64,000 bases of DNA from an uncultured Clostridia bacterium (GTDB lineage: Bacteria > Bacillota > Clostridia > TANB77 > CAG-508): positions 1,975-65,974 of the forward strand of contig CANQCW010000001.1 in NCBI GenBank assembly GCA_947591055.1. The letters are read 5' to 3'. A program made the position numbers and the translations under genes. The stretch's first letter is position 1. Every line of letters starts with the position of its first letter. This document shows positions 1-9,724 of the stretch, in pieces. The notes beneath the pieces are model-generated. The model searched no databases. It worked only from the letters and a program-made list of their open reading frames with translations, and had not been told where the DNA came from.

Positions 1-1011
1 ACTGTATCTAAAAAAACAATAAAAGGGGAAGAACTCACACAAGAAGAACTAGACAACTTAGGTAGTTTACATGATTATTGTTTAGAACTAAAAAATACCT
101 TATATCAACTAGAATCAGACCTTTCAGATGAAATAATTAAATGGGGAGATTTATCAAATACAGGAAATAGATTATTTGCTAGAGAAGATGAAAATTTATC
201 ACAAACAAGTTTTTCTAACATTGAAGAAGACATGCACCAATATGCTGGGCTGATTTATGATGGAGCATATTCAGAAAATCTACAAAATCCAGATATAGTT
301 GGACTTACAGGAGAAGATATTTCAAAAGAAGAAGCGGAAACTAAAGCTAAAGAATTTTTAGGAAAAGACACTATAAAAGAAATAAACTTTGTAGAAGAAT
401 CTCAAAACTCAAATATTATTTGCTATAATTTTAATGTAAAAACCAAAAATGAAAATGAAAATGTTTCTATAGGAGTATCTAAAAAGGGAGGACATATTGT
501 TTGGATAAATTCAGATAGAAATGTTACGGAAGAAAGCATAAAACCAGAAGATGCTGTAAATATAGGAAAAGATTTTCTGCAAAATAGAGAATATAAAGAT
601 ATGAAGGAAACATACTATATGAAGGAAAATAATGTCCTTACAGTAAATTATGCATATAATCAAGATAATGTAGTAATTTATCCAGATTTGATAAAATTAA
701 AAATAGCATTAGATAATGGTGAAATACTTGGTTTAGAATCAACTGGATATTTAAACTCACATAAACAAAGGGAACTTACGGGAGCAAAAGTAACAGAAGA
801 GCAAGCAAGAAAACTTATAAATCCAAAATTAGAGATAAGTAGTAGCAATATGGCAATGATTCCAACTGAGTGGAATACAGAAATATTATGTTGGGAAGTT
901 AAAGGAAAAACAGAAGAAAATGATTTTCTTGTTTATATTAATGCTGAAACAGGAGATGAAGAAGATATTTTAATGATAGTAGATACACCAAATGGTACTT
1001 TAACAACTTAA
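1..1011 (+). CDS. PepSY-domain spore germination protein, YpeB-like; 5' end lies outside the window
   Basis: Frame 1 is open from nt 1 to the stop at 1009-1011. The ORF track starts at an internal Met at 232. Repeated PepSY-like segments; sits next to the murF-ddl block as in spore formers. Confidence 0.5.
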   Translation, partial: TVSKKTIKGEELTQEELDNLGSLHDYCLELKNTLYQLESDLSDEIIKWGDLSNTGNRLFAREDENLSQTSFSNIEEDMHQYAGLIYDGAYSENLQNPDIVGLTGEDISKEEAETKAKEFLGKDTIKEINFVEESQNSNIICYNFNVKTKNENENVSIGVSKKGGHIVWINSDRNVTEESIKPEDAVNIGKDFLQNREYKDMKETYYMKENNVLTVNYAYNQDNVVIYPDLIKLKIALDNGEILGLESTGYLNSHKQRELTGAKVTEEQARKLINPKLEISSSNMAMIPTEWNTEILCWEVKGKTEENDFLVYINAETGDEEDILMIVDTPNGTLTT

Positions 1012-1100
1012 ATTATATAATTAATACTTGTAAAATCAGTATAAAAAGCATATAATCTATCAAGAATTATATGCTTTTTAAAATTGAATAGGAGGACAAA

Positions 1101-2426
1101 ATGAAAATAGAAGAAATCTTAGATGTAACTAAGGGTATGCTAGTTTGCGGAGATAAAAACATAGAAGTAAATAAATTTGATATAGATACTAGAAATGTAA
1201 ATAAAGGAGATGTATTTGTTGCAATTAAAGGAGAAAATACAGATGGAAACTTATATTATAAAGAGGCTATAAAAAAAGGTGCAATATGTTTATTAGATAA
1301 AATGCCAGAAGAAAAAATAGGAAATATTATTTTAGTAGAAAATACTGTAGAAGCATTACAAAATCTTGCAGAATATAAAAGAAGCAAATATAATATTCCT
1401 GTTGTTGCAATTACAGGAAGTGTTGGAAAAACTAGTACAAAAGATTTAGTAGCATCTGTAATGTCTCAAAAATTTAATGTATTAAAAACACAAGGAAATT
1501 ACAACAATGGAATAGGCCTACCACTTACTATTTTAAGATTAAAAAATGAAGATGCAATAGTAGTTGAAATGGGTATGAATCATTTTGGAGAAATTAGCTT
1601 GCTTTCAAAAATTGCAAAACCAACTGTTGCAGTAATAACAAACATTGGAACAGCTCACATAGGAAATTTAGGTTCAAGAGAAAATATATTAAAAGCTAAG
1701 CTTGAAATATTAGATGGTTTGCAAGGAAACACAGTTATAATTAATAATGATAATGATTTATTAAGTAAATGGAAAAATGAAAATAACAAATATAATGTAA
1801 TTACATACGGAATAGCTAACAAACAAAGTGATTATGTTGCAGAAAATATAAATTCTTACGAAGATAAAAGTGAATTTGAAACCAACAATACAAAAATTAA
1901 TGTACCTGTTGGAGGAGAGCACTTTGTACTTAATAGTTTATGTGCAATAGCAGTAGGAAAATATTTTGATATACCAATGGAAAAAATCCAAGAAGGAATA
2001 TCTAAATTTGAATTAACTAAAAAAAGGATGGAAATAGATAATACAAAAATAGGAGCAATAATTATAAATGATTCATATAATGCAAATTATGATTCAATGA
2101 AAGCTGCTATACAGTATTTAGAAAATATTAAAAACAGAAGAAAAATTGCAGTTTTGGGAGATATGAAGGAACTAGGAGAATATTCTGAAGAATTGCATAA
2201 AAAAGTAGGAGAACTTATTGAAAATATTGATATATTAATTACAGTAGGAGATTTAGCAAAAACAATTAGTAAAAATGCAAAAATTTCAGAAAAATATGAA
2301 TTTAATAGTAATGAAGAAGCAATTAACAGAATAAAAAATATTATACAAGAAAATGATGCAATATTGTTAAAAGCGTCAAATTCAATGAATTTTAGCGAAA
2401 TTGCAGAAAGTTTGAAAACTTTATAG
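1101..2426 (+). CDS. murF: UDP-N-acetylmuramoyl-tripeptide--D-alanyl-D-alanine ligase MurF
   Basis: 441 aa. Mur-ligase ATP-binding motif ITGSVGKTSTKD. GGAGG RBS 7 nt upstream. Followed by ddl. Confidence 0.9.
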   Translation: MKIEEILDVTKGMLVCGDKNIEVNKFDIDTRNVNKGDVFVAIKGENTDGNLYYKEAIKKGAICLLDKMPEEKIGNIILVENTVEALQNLAEYKRSKYNIPVVAITGSVGKTSTKDLVASVMSQKFNVLKTQGNYNNGIGLPLTILRLKNEDAIVVEMGMNHFGEISLLSKIAKPTVAVITNIGTAHIGNLGSRENILKAKLEILDGLQGNTVIINNDNDLLSKWKNENNKYNVITYGIANKQSDYVAENINSYEDKSEFETNNTKINVPVGGEHFVLNSLCAIAVGKYFDIPMEKIQEGISKFELTKKRMEIDNTKIGAIIINDSYNANYDSMKAAIQYLENIKNRRKIAVLGDMKELGEYSEELHKKVGELIENIDILITVGDLAKTISKNAKISEKYEFNSNEEAINRIKNIIQENDAILLKASNSMNFSEIAESLKTL

Positions 2427-2474
2427 CTAAAATTATTTGTAAAATATTTTATGCATAGCAGGAAAGGAAGGAAA

Positions 2475-3467
2475 ATGTTAAAAGTTGCTGTTATTTATGG
2501 TGGGATGTCAACGGAACACGATGTTTCACTTATATCAGGAAAAAATGTGATTGATAATTTAGATAAATCTAAATATGAAATCTATGAAATTAAAATTACT
2601 AAAGACGGAAAATGGCTAGACAAAAGAGATAGAGAAATAAAAGATATATATAAATTATTAAAAGAAATGGATGTTGTCTTTCCAGTACTTCATGGACTAT
2701 ATGGAGAAGATGGAACAATTCAAGGCATGCTAGAACTTGCAAAAGTTCCTTATGTAGGTTGTAAAGTTTTAGCATCAAGCGTATGTATGGATAAAGTCTA
2801 CACAAAAATAATATTTGAAAAAGCCAAAATACCACAAGCAAAATACATATATTTAAAAGATGAAAATACTTACGTAGACGATAATTTTGATGAAATAAAA
2901 TTAGAAAATGATGAAATCATAAAGTTAGTTGAAGAAAAAATAGGCTTTCCAGTATTTATAAAACCTTCAAACTCAGGCTCATCTGTTGGAGTAAATAAAG
3001 CAAGTGATGGTCCAGAGTTAATAAAATATATATCAGAAGCTTTTATGTATGACAGAAAAGTTTTGATAGAAGAAGCAATAGTAGGAAAAGAAGTAGAGTG
3101 TGCTGTTTTAGGAAATAAAGAAGCACAAGCTTCAACTGTAGGAGAAATATTATCAGCAGAAGAATTTTATTCTTATGATGCGAAATATACCAATAAAGAG
3201 TCGAAAACACTTATACCCGCAGAGTTATCTGATGAAAAGATAGAAGAAATAAGAAAATTAGCAATAAAAGCTTTTAAAACAGTTGATGGAAGTGAACTTT
3301 CAAGGGTAGATTTCTTTGTACAAGAAGGAACAGGAAAAGTATATATAAATGAAATAAATACAATGCCAGGATTTACTGAAATAAGTATGTATCCAAAATT
3401 ATGGGAAAATGCAGGAATTTCTTATACAGAGCTATTAACTAAATTAATCGAATTAAGTAATATTTAA
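2475..3467 (+). CDS. ddl: D-alanine--D-alanine ligase
   Basis: Begins MLKVAVIYGGMSTEHDVSL (ATP-grasp, Ddl N-terminal signature). Start placed at the Met at 2475, preceded by an AGGAAAGGAAGG RBS, rather than the upstream ORF-track Met at 2451. Confidence 0.9.
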   Translation: MLKVAVIYGGMSTEHDVSLISGKNVIDNLDKSKYEIYEIKITKDGKWLDKRDREIKDIYKLLKEMDVVFPVLHGLYGEDGTIQGMLELAKVPYVGCKVLASSVCMDKVYTKIIFEKAKIPQAKYIYLKDENTYVDDNFDEIKLENDEIIKLVEEKIGFPVFIKPSNSGSSVGVNKASDGPELIKYISEAFMYDRKVLIEEAIVGKEVECAVLGNKEAQASTVGEILSAEEFYSYDAKYTNKESKTLIPAELSDEKIEEIRKLAIKAFKTVDGSELSRVDFFVQEGTGKVYINEINTMPGFTEISMYPKLWENAGISYTELLTKLIELSNI

Positions 3468-3488
3468 TATAAAAAGGAAATAAAAAAA

Positions 3489-4055
3489 GTGGAAATTGAA
3501 GAATTAAAAAAAGAATTAAAGAAATATCTAAAAGAAGAAAGATATGAACATAGCGTATGTGTTATGGAAATGAGTGAAAAATTAGCTGAAAAATACAATG
3601 TAAGTAAAACTAAAGTTATGAAAGCAGCACTTATGCACGATATGGCCAAAGAAATGCCAATAGAAAAATTAAAAAAATATATTTTAGATAATAAAATTAA
3701 AGTATCAGAAACTGAAATGTTACTAGGAATTACTTTGCATGGAAAAGTAGCAGCAGATATTTGCAGAAAAAAATACGGCTTTGATTATATTATGTGTAAA
3801 GCAATTAGCAACCATACAACAGGTAAGCCTGATATGACCATGTTTGAAAAAATAGTATTTATCTCTGACAAAATTGATGAGACAAGAAAGTATGATGGGG
3901 TGCAAGAGCTAAGAGAACTTGCATTTAAGGACATTGATAGTGCAATTGTAAAAAATATAGAATATACCACAAAAAATAATCTAGAAAAAGGAAGAATAAT
4001 ATTAGAGCAAAGTATAAAAACTCGCAATTACATATTGATAAATAGGAAAAATTAA
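3489..4055 (+). CDS. HD-superfamily phosphohydrolase, YqeK-like
   Basis: 188 aa with a GTG start after a GGAAATAAAAAAA/AAAGGAAAT RBS region. Carries an H..HD metal-binding motif (ERYEHSVCV..ALMHDMAKE). Confidence 0.65.
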   Translation: MEIEELKKELKKYLKEERYEHSVCVMEMSEKLAEKYNVSKTKVMKAALMHDMAKEMPIEKLKKYILDNKIKVSETEMLLGITLHGKVAADICRKKYGFDYIMCKAISNHTTGKPDMTMFEKIVFISDKIDETRKYDGVQELRELAFKDIDSAIVKNIEYTTKNNLEKGRIILEQSIKTRNYILINRKN

Positions 4056-4093
4056 GCTATAATAAATGTACCATTAAAAATGGAGGACGTTAA

Positions 4094-4951
4094 ATGATTT
4101 TTAAAGATTACTATAAAATACTAGGGCTAGAAACAAATAAAGTAAGTTTAGATGAAATAAAAGTAGCTTATAGAGAAAAAGCTAAAAAATTTCACCCTGA
4201 TATAAATGTTGGAAATTCAGAAGCGGAAATAATTTTCAAGGATGTAAATGAAGCTTACAGAACACTAAGTGATCCAATTCAAAGAAGAAAATATGACTTT
4301 AAATGGAACAAATACATTGGAAGTAGAAAAAAGAAGGAAACAAGACAAAAAAAGTCATTTAAAGAAATGTTTTGGGATATATTATTTGGTGGAGTATCAA
4401 GACAAAAAACTGAAAGCAAGCCACTTCCACAGTATGGAGAAGATATTGATACACAGATTAATATCTCAATAAAGGAAGCATTTTTTGGAGTAAATAAAAA
4501 AATAAAGCTAAGAACAGTTGATGGAAAAGAAACATCATTTTCTGTGAAAGTTCCAGCAGGAGTGCAAAACAATGACAAGCTAAGAATAGTTGGCCAAGGA
4601 AAACATGGAAAAAATGGTGGAAAAAATGGGGATTTGCTAGTTAAAGTTAATATAATAGATGACAATAGATTTAGATTAATCGGAACAGATATTTACACTG
4701 AATTAAGCATAACCGTATGGGAAGCTGCTCTTGGAACAAAAAGAAAAATTGACTTATTTGGAGAAGAAATAAATATTATAATACCAAAGTGCTGTAATAG
4801 TGGGGAAAAGCTTACAGTAAAAGAAAAAGGATATAAAGATGGAAAAGGAAAAAGAGGCAATTTAAATATAATTACTAAAATTGTATTTCCAAAAGAATTA
4901 TCTAAAGAGCAAGAAGGTATTTACTTAAAATTAAAAGAAATAAATAAGTAA
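4094..4951 (+). CDS. DnaJ-domain protein (J domain plus DnaJ C-terminal domains, no zinc finger; CbpA-like)
   Basis: N-terminal J-domain YYKILGLETNKVSLDEIKVAYREKAKKFHPD with an HPD motif. C-terminal beta-sandwich region resembles DnaJ CTD. GGAGGA RBS. Confidence 0.75.
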   Translation: MIFKDYYKILGLETNKVSLDEIKVAYREKAKKFHPDINVGNSEAEIIFKDVNEAYRTLSDPIQRRKYDFKWNKYIGSRKKKETRQKKSFKEMFWDILFGGVSRQKTESKPLPQYGEDIDTQINISIKEAFFGVNKKIKLRTVDGKETSFSVKVPAGVQNNDKLRIVGQGKHGKNGGKNGDLLVKVNIIDDNRFRLIGTDIYTELSITVWEAALGTKRKIDLFGEEINIIIPKCCNSGEKLTVKEKGYKDGKGKRGNLNIITKIVFPKELSKEQEGIYLKLKEINK

Positions 4952-4992
4952 AATAAGCATATATTTTATTTTGATAACGTTCAACTATTATG

Positions 4993-5021
4993 TTGACATA
5001 TTGTAGTATTTATGCTATAAT
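4993..5021 (+). promoter_or_regulatory. Consensus sigma-A promoter TTGACA-17nt-TATAAT upstream of the 5065 gene
   Basis: TTGACA at 4993-4998, a 17-nt spacer, and TATAAT at 5016-5021. This lies about 40 nt upstream of the RBS/ATG at 5065. Confidence 0.55.
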
Positions 5022-5064
5022 TAGTATGTTAAGCAAAAGAAAAGTATGAGAAAGAGGTGTAAAA

Positions 5065-5586
5065 ATGTCAGAAGGATTTTGTGGTAAGTATTTTAGTATA
5101 ACTGATCCAAAGGATGTAAATACAGTTATATATAGAATTAATGAAACTGCCAAAGAACTACAGAACAAATATCCTAAATACACTGTTGAGAGACTAGTAT
5201 GTTCTGAAGAAATTAATGGTAACAATAAAAAGAAAACTTTTTTTATTGATTATCCTGAAATAGAAGGAGAAGACTTAGTAATACTTTCTTTTGGACCACA
5301 AAAAGTAGTGGTAAACATGGGATTTTTAAAAGACGACAAAGTAAAGATATCAAGAAGACCTATACCTATTAAATTTGATACTCTTTATTCTGAACAAGCA
5401 ATGGAACTTAAAGATTTTAAATATACACCTAACTTAAAAAGACCAATAACAATAATTGACCCTGAGACAACAGAAGAAGTAAAACCAATGATATATTTAG
5501 ATAAAAATACAAATGAAGTAAGAGGAAGATGTAGATTAAAGCCAAACAAATCTTATTTTAGCTTTGAAATAAGAGACAAAAATTAA
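5065..5586 (+). CDS. hypothetical protein (first gene of the T4CP mini-island)
   Basis: 173-aa ORF with an AGAGGTG RBS. Coding-like composition. No recognisable motif. Confidence 0.45.
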   Translation: MSEGFCGKYFSITDPKDVNTVIYRINETAKELQNKYPKYTVERLVCSEEINGNNKKKTFFIDYPEIEGEDLVILSFGPQKVVVNMGFLKDDKVKISRRPIPIKFDTLYSEQAMELKDFKYTPNLKRPITIIDPETTEEVKPMIYLDKNTNEVRGRCRLKPNKSYFSFEIRDKN

Positions 5587-5602
5587 GGAGGAAAATTTAA
5601 TA

Positions 5603-5875
5603 GTGAAGGAATTAACAGTTATAGAATTTTGTGCAAATGATAGATTAATTGCTAGAGGAAGTGGCAATAAAGATTCTTATAATGCTGAATTAGGAGGATA
5701 TACAAATCAAGGAACATTAGATGGTGAAATTGAAATAGCAACAATGGAAATAGACGAAAGAACATTAGATCCTAGAATTAAAAAAGCTTTATATGAAAAC
5801 AACAGAAATAGGATGACAAAGAGTGCTTTAATGAGAAAAGCAGAAATGGTTAAAGAAGACGATAGAAATATATAA
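5603..5875 (+). CDS. hypothetical protein
   Basis: 90-aa ORF with a GTG start 8 nt after an AAGGAGG RBS at 5585-5591. No recognisable motif. Confidence 0.4.
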   Translation: MKELTVIEFCANDRLIARGSGNKDSYNAELGGYTNQGTLDGEIEIATMEIDERTLDPRIKKALYENNRNRMTKSALMRKAEMVKEDDRNI

Positions 5876-5926
5876 TTTAAAAGCTAAATAATAAGATAAA
5901 TGAAACCAATGAGAAGGTAAAATAAT

Positions 5927-8020
5927 ATGGATAATTTATTAATAACAATAAAAAAACACAAGGTATCAATAATATTAACTATATGTTTATGGATATTTGC
6001 AGAATTATTTGTAATAGCACCTTTGGCAACAACAATAGTTGATAGTAGTGCTACCGGTGTTTTTGATTTTGAATATTTTATAGAACATTATGTAGAAAAT
6101 ATAGTAAATGTTTCTGGTATAAGAAACTGCTTTAAAGCACAATATGCTGGAACTATGGGTATTTCTACATTAATGTTTACAATATTTTTTGCTGTTTGCT
6201 ATGGAATAGGGCTATATAAGGGAAGAAGCAAGGGAAGATATGATAAGATAGAGCATGGTTCAAGTGATTGGAGTATGGGCGGAGAACAATATAAAGTTTT
6301 AAGCAAAAGTGCTGGTTTAATTTTGGCTGAAGACAATTATTTACCTCTAGATAAACTTGGAAATACTAATGTTCTTATAGTCGGTGGATCTGGATCTGGT
6401 AAATCTTCAGCATATACTATTCCAAATGCTCATCAATGCCTAGGATCTTATATATTTACAGACCCTAAAGGCGAAATATATGATGCAACAGCAGGCTATT
6501 TAAAATCACAAGGATATGAAATAAAACTACTAAATTTAGTAAATCCAGAAAGTAGTGATAGTTATAACCCAATTCAACATGTTAAATCAGAACTAGATGT
6601 TGATGTTATAGCAAACACTATAGTAAAAGGACAAAAATCGGACATCTCTAGTGGTGCAGACCCATACTGGGACAACATGGCAGAATTATTATTAAAATCA
6701 TTAATATATTATCTAATAGCTGCAAGACCAGCGGAAGAGCAGAATTTGGCAAGTTGTGCTGAATTAGTTAGAGCAGCTAATAGTAAAGGAAATACAAACT
6801 TATTATCAGAATTAATAAATAAATTACCTTATGATCATCCAGCAAGGATGAACTATAAATCTGTTGAAATTGCATCAGATAAAACATATAGCTCAATCTT
6901 AAGTTCATTACAATCAAAACTTGGTAAATTTGATTCTAAAGAAATAGCAAATGTAACATCTACGAATACAATAAATTTTGATGATATTGCTACTAAAAAA
7001 ACAGCCTTGTATGTTGTATCTTCTGATACTCATACAGCTTATGACTTTTTACTTACAATATTTTTCTCACAAATGATACAACAATTATATGATTTTGCGG
7101 ATAAAAATGGAGGAAAATTACCAGTAAAAACCTTCTTTATATTAGATGAGTTTTCTAATATAGGACAAATACCAGACTTTGATAAAAAAATATCAACAAG
7201 TAGAAGTAGAGGAATATCATTTAGTGTTATTTTACAAAACTTAGATCAATTAAAAGGATTATATGAAAAATCTTATGAAACAATAATAGGTAACTGCGAT
7301 ACACACGTATTTTTAGGAAGTAACTCATATGCAACAGTTGAATATTTTTCTAAAGAATTAGGAGAAAAAACAATTTCACATTTAAGTAAATCAGCAAATA
7401 GAGACAACTACGGTAGCAGAAAAGGATATAGTGAAAATGATCAAATAATGGGAAGAGCTTTAATGACACCTGATGAACTTAGAAGATTAGACAATGATGA
7501 CTGTATAGTATTTGAAAAAGGAATAAAACCTATAAGAGCAAAAAAATACTTCTGGTTTAAAAAACAAAGAATAGTTAGAGATTTAAATTCTACAAGAATA
7601 GATCATAATGACTTTGATAGCGGAGAAAGGGGAGATTGGAGAAAATTCAATCCATATAACCCATTTACAGGAAATCAAATTGATGATGAAAAAGAACAAG
7701 AATTTAAAGTAGATTCATTAGATGACCTATTTAATGATAATAATGATACTGAACAAAACGCAAAAAATAATACAGAACAAAATAATAATCAAATTCAAAA
7801 TAATGAAAATACAATGAATAATAATGAAAAAGAAAATAATGCTGAAATAAATATCCAAACAAATGATGGCGCAATTAGTAATGATAGCATAAACCCTATT
7901 GAATTTCCACCTCCTGTAAGTGGATCAGAAATAAGAAATCAAATGGAAGAAGATGATGACATAGATATACAAAAAGAGCTAGAAGCAAAATTTGACGAAT
8001 TATTTGGACCAATAGAATAA
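5927..8020 (+). CDS. Type IV secretion coupling protein (VirD4/TraG/TraD family ATPase) with a low-complexity acidic C-terminal tail
   Basis: N-terminal TM helices. Walker A VGGSGSGKSS. Walker B FFILDEF. Family motif SFSVILQNLDQLKGLY..THVFLGSN. The C-terminal ~200 aa are N/Q/E/D-rich and end EEDDDIDIQKELEAKFDELFGPIE. Confidence 0.8.
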   Translation: MDNLLITIKKHKVSIILTICLWIFAELFVIAPLATTIVDSSATGVFDFEYFIEHYVENIVNVSGIRNCFKAQYAGTMGISTLMFTIFFAVCYGIGLYKGRSKGRYDKIEHGSSDWSMGGEQYKVLSKSAGLILAEDNYLPLDKLGNTNVLIVGGSGSGKSSAYTIPNAHQCLGSYIFTDPKGEIYDATAGYLKSQGYEIKLLNLVNPESSDSYNPIQHVKSELDVDVIANTIVKGQKSDISSGADPYWDNMAELLLKSLIYYLIAARPAEEQNLASCAELVRAANSKGNTNLLSELINKLPYDHPARMNYKSVEIASDKTYSSILSSLQSKLGKFDSKEIANVTSTNTINFDDIATKKTALYVVSSDTHTAYDFLLTIFFSQMIQQLYDFADKNGGKLPVKTFFILDEFSNIGQIPDFDKKISTSRSRGISFSVILQNLDQLKGLYEKSYETIIGNCDTHVFLGSNSYATVEYFSKELGEKTISHLSKSANRDNYGSRKGYSENDQIMGRALMTPDELRRLDNDDCIVFEKGIKPIRAKKYFWFKKQRIVRDLNSTRIDHNDFDSGERGDWRKFNPYNPFTGNQIDDEKEQEFKVDSLDDLFNDNNDTEQNAKNNTEQNNNQIQNNENTMNNNEKENNAEINIQTNDGAISNDSINPIEFPPPVSGSEIRNQMEEDDDIDIQKELEAKFDELFGPIE

Positions 8021-8028
8021 TAAATTCA

Positions 8029-8060
8029 AGCGAAGGAAATTAATCCTTCGCTATTTTTTT
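8029..8060 (+). terminator. Rho-independent terminator after the T4CP gene
   Basis: AGCGAAGGA-aattaa-TCCTTCGCT hairpin followed by ATTTTTTT. Confidence 0.65.
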
Positions 8061-8127
8061 ATTTAATTAATTAAAAATATATTTACAAACATATGTTTAT
8101 ATGATATAAATATGCTGAGGTGGATTT

Positions 8128-9165
8128 ATGAAATTTATACATATGGCAGATGTACATTTTGATGCTCCATTTAAAACTATAACAGATAGAGCAGAACTAG
8201 GAGAACTTAGAAGATTAGAGCAAAGAGAAGCATTTAAAAATGTAATAGAATTTATTAAAGAAAATAAAGTTGATTATTTATTTATTAGTGGAGATTTATA
8301 TGAGCAAGAATATATAAAAAAATCAACTATAATTTATATAAATAATTTATTTAAGGAAATTAAAGATACCAAAATATTTATTACACCAGGAAATCATGAT
8401 CCATATATAAATAATTCATATTATAAATTATTTGACTGGTCCGATAATGTAAAGATATTCACAGAAAATGTAGAAAAAGTGGAAATAGGCGATATTTGCA
8501 TTTATGGATATGGATTTAATAATTATGAAATGAATTTAAATCAATTAAAAAATATAAATATAGATAATAAAAATAAAATAAATATATTAATAACACATGG
8601 AACAATAATCAATGGAAATGAATTAAATGGCATATATAATCCTATAAGCAAAAATGAATTATTAAATAAGGGTTTTGATTATATTGCTTTAGGACATATT
8701 CATAAAAGGGATGAATTTTATCCAGGCTCACTAATTTCAATGGGATTTGATGAATTGGGTGAACATGGATTTATTTATGGTGAAATAAATAATAAAAAAA
8801 TAAATACAAAATTTATTAAAGCAGATAAAAGAGAATTAAAAGAAATTAATTTTGATATTTCAAATATTTATTCAGAAGATGAATTAATTGAAAAATTAAA
8901 TTTAATTAATACAGAAAATAATTTATATAAAATTAATTTAATTGGAGAAAGAAATTTTTTAATTAATTTAGATATTAAATTAATTAAAAAAAATATAATA
9001 AAAATAAAAAATAATACAAATTTAAAAATAGAAATAAAAGAAAATAATAATACATTAAAAGGAATAATTATAAAACAATTAAATAAAAAAATAGAAAATA
9101 AAGAAATAAATAAAAATGAATATGAAGAAATTTTAGAATTAATTATAAAAATATTTAATAATTAA
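8128..9165 (+). CDS. DNA repair exonuclease, metallophosphoesterase (SbcD/Mre11-like, YhaO-type)
   Basis: MKFIHMADVHFDAPF..GDLYE..GNHD..GHIH calcineurin-like motifs. The C-terminal third is extremely N/K/I-rich. Confidence 0.75.
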   Translation: MKFIHMADVHFDAPFKTITDRAELGELRRLEQREAFKNVIEFIKENKVDYLFISGDLYEQEYIKKSTIIYINNLFKEIKDTKIFITPGNHDPYINNSYYKLFDWSDNVKIFTENVEKVEIGDICIYGYGFNNYEMNLNQLKNINIDNKNKINILITHGTIINGNELNGIYNPISKNELLNKGFDYIALGHIHKRDEFYPGSLISMGFDELGEHGFIYGEINNKKINTKFIKADKRELKEINFDISNIYSEDELIEKLNLINTENNLYKINLIGERNFLINLDIKLIKKNIIKIKNNTNLKIEIKENNNTLKGIIIKQLNKKIENKEINKNEYEEILELIIKIFNN

Positions 9166-9724
9166 AATAAATAATTAGTAAGGAAAAATATGGTAACAAA
9201 AAATATTAATTAATTATAAAAAAATGAACAAATTTTATTATAAAAAAATTATTTATACAAAAAAATAAAAAAATAATTAAAAAAACAAATTAAAAAATAA
9301 AAAATTAAGAAAAAAATAATAAAAAAATCATAAGTAGAAATGCAAAAATACTTAAAAAAATCTAACAATTTTTAAGTTGTTTATAAGACAAAAAAACTTT
9401 TAAACGAAAAAATACAAGCAAATTTCAAAAAAGCTTAGGGAATATATGCGATACAGAAGATAATAAAACAAAAAATGAAGATAAAATTGAAAGAGAAAAT
9501 TATAATCAAAAAGACAAAAAACTGAAATTCAAATAACCGAAAAGTAAGCATTTTGACAAAAAGACAACGAAAAATATATTGAAAAATAAAGCTAAAATTA
9601 TAATTTAATAACTAAATCTAATAAAAAAAGTTGAATAATCTTAAATAATAAATTGGCAAAATTTATCAAATTAATTTTAATTAATAAATAAATTATTTAA
9701 ATTAAAAAGTTGGAGGAAAAATTT

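Noticed and set aside
9166-9709. Hidden gene or rRNA/tRNA in the 544-bp gap between yhaO and yhaN
   Set aside because: No ORF of 60 aa or more, no structured-RNA hallmarks, and no tRNA-like cloverleaf could be recognised. The sequence is an A-tract-rich low-complexity spacer. It is kept only as a low-level oddity in finding 7.
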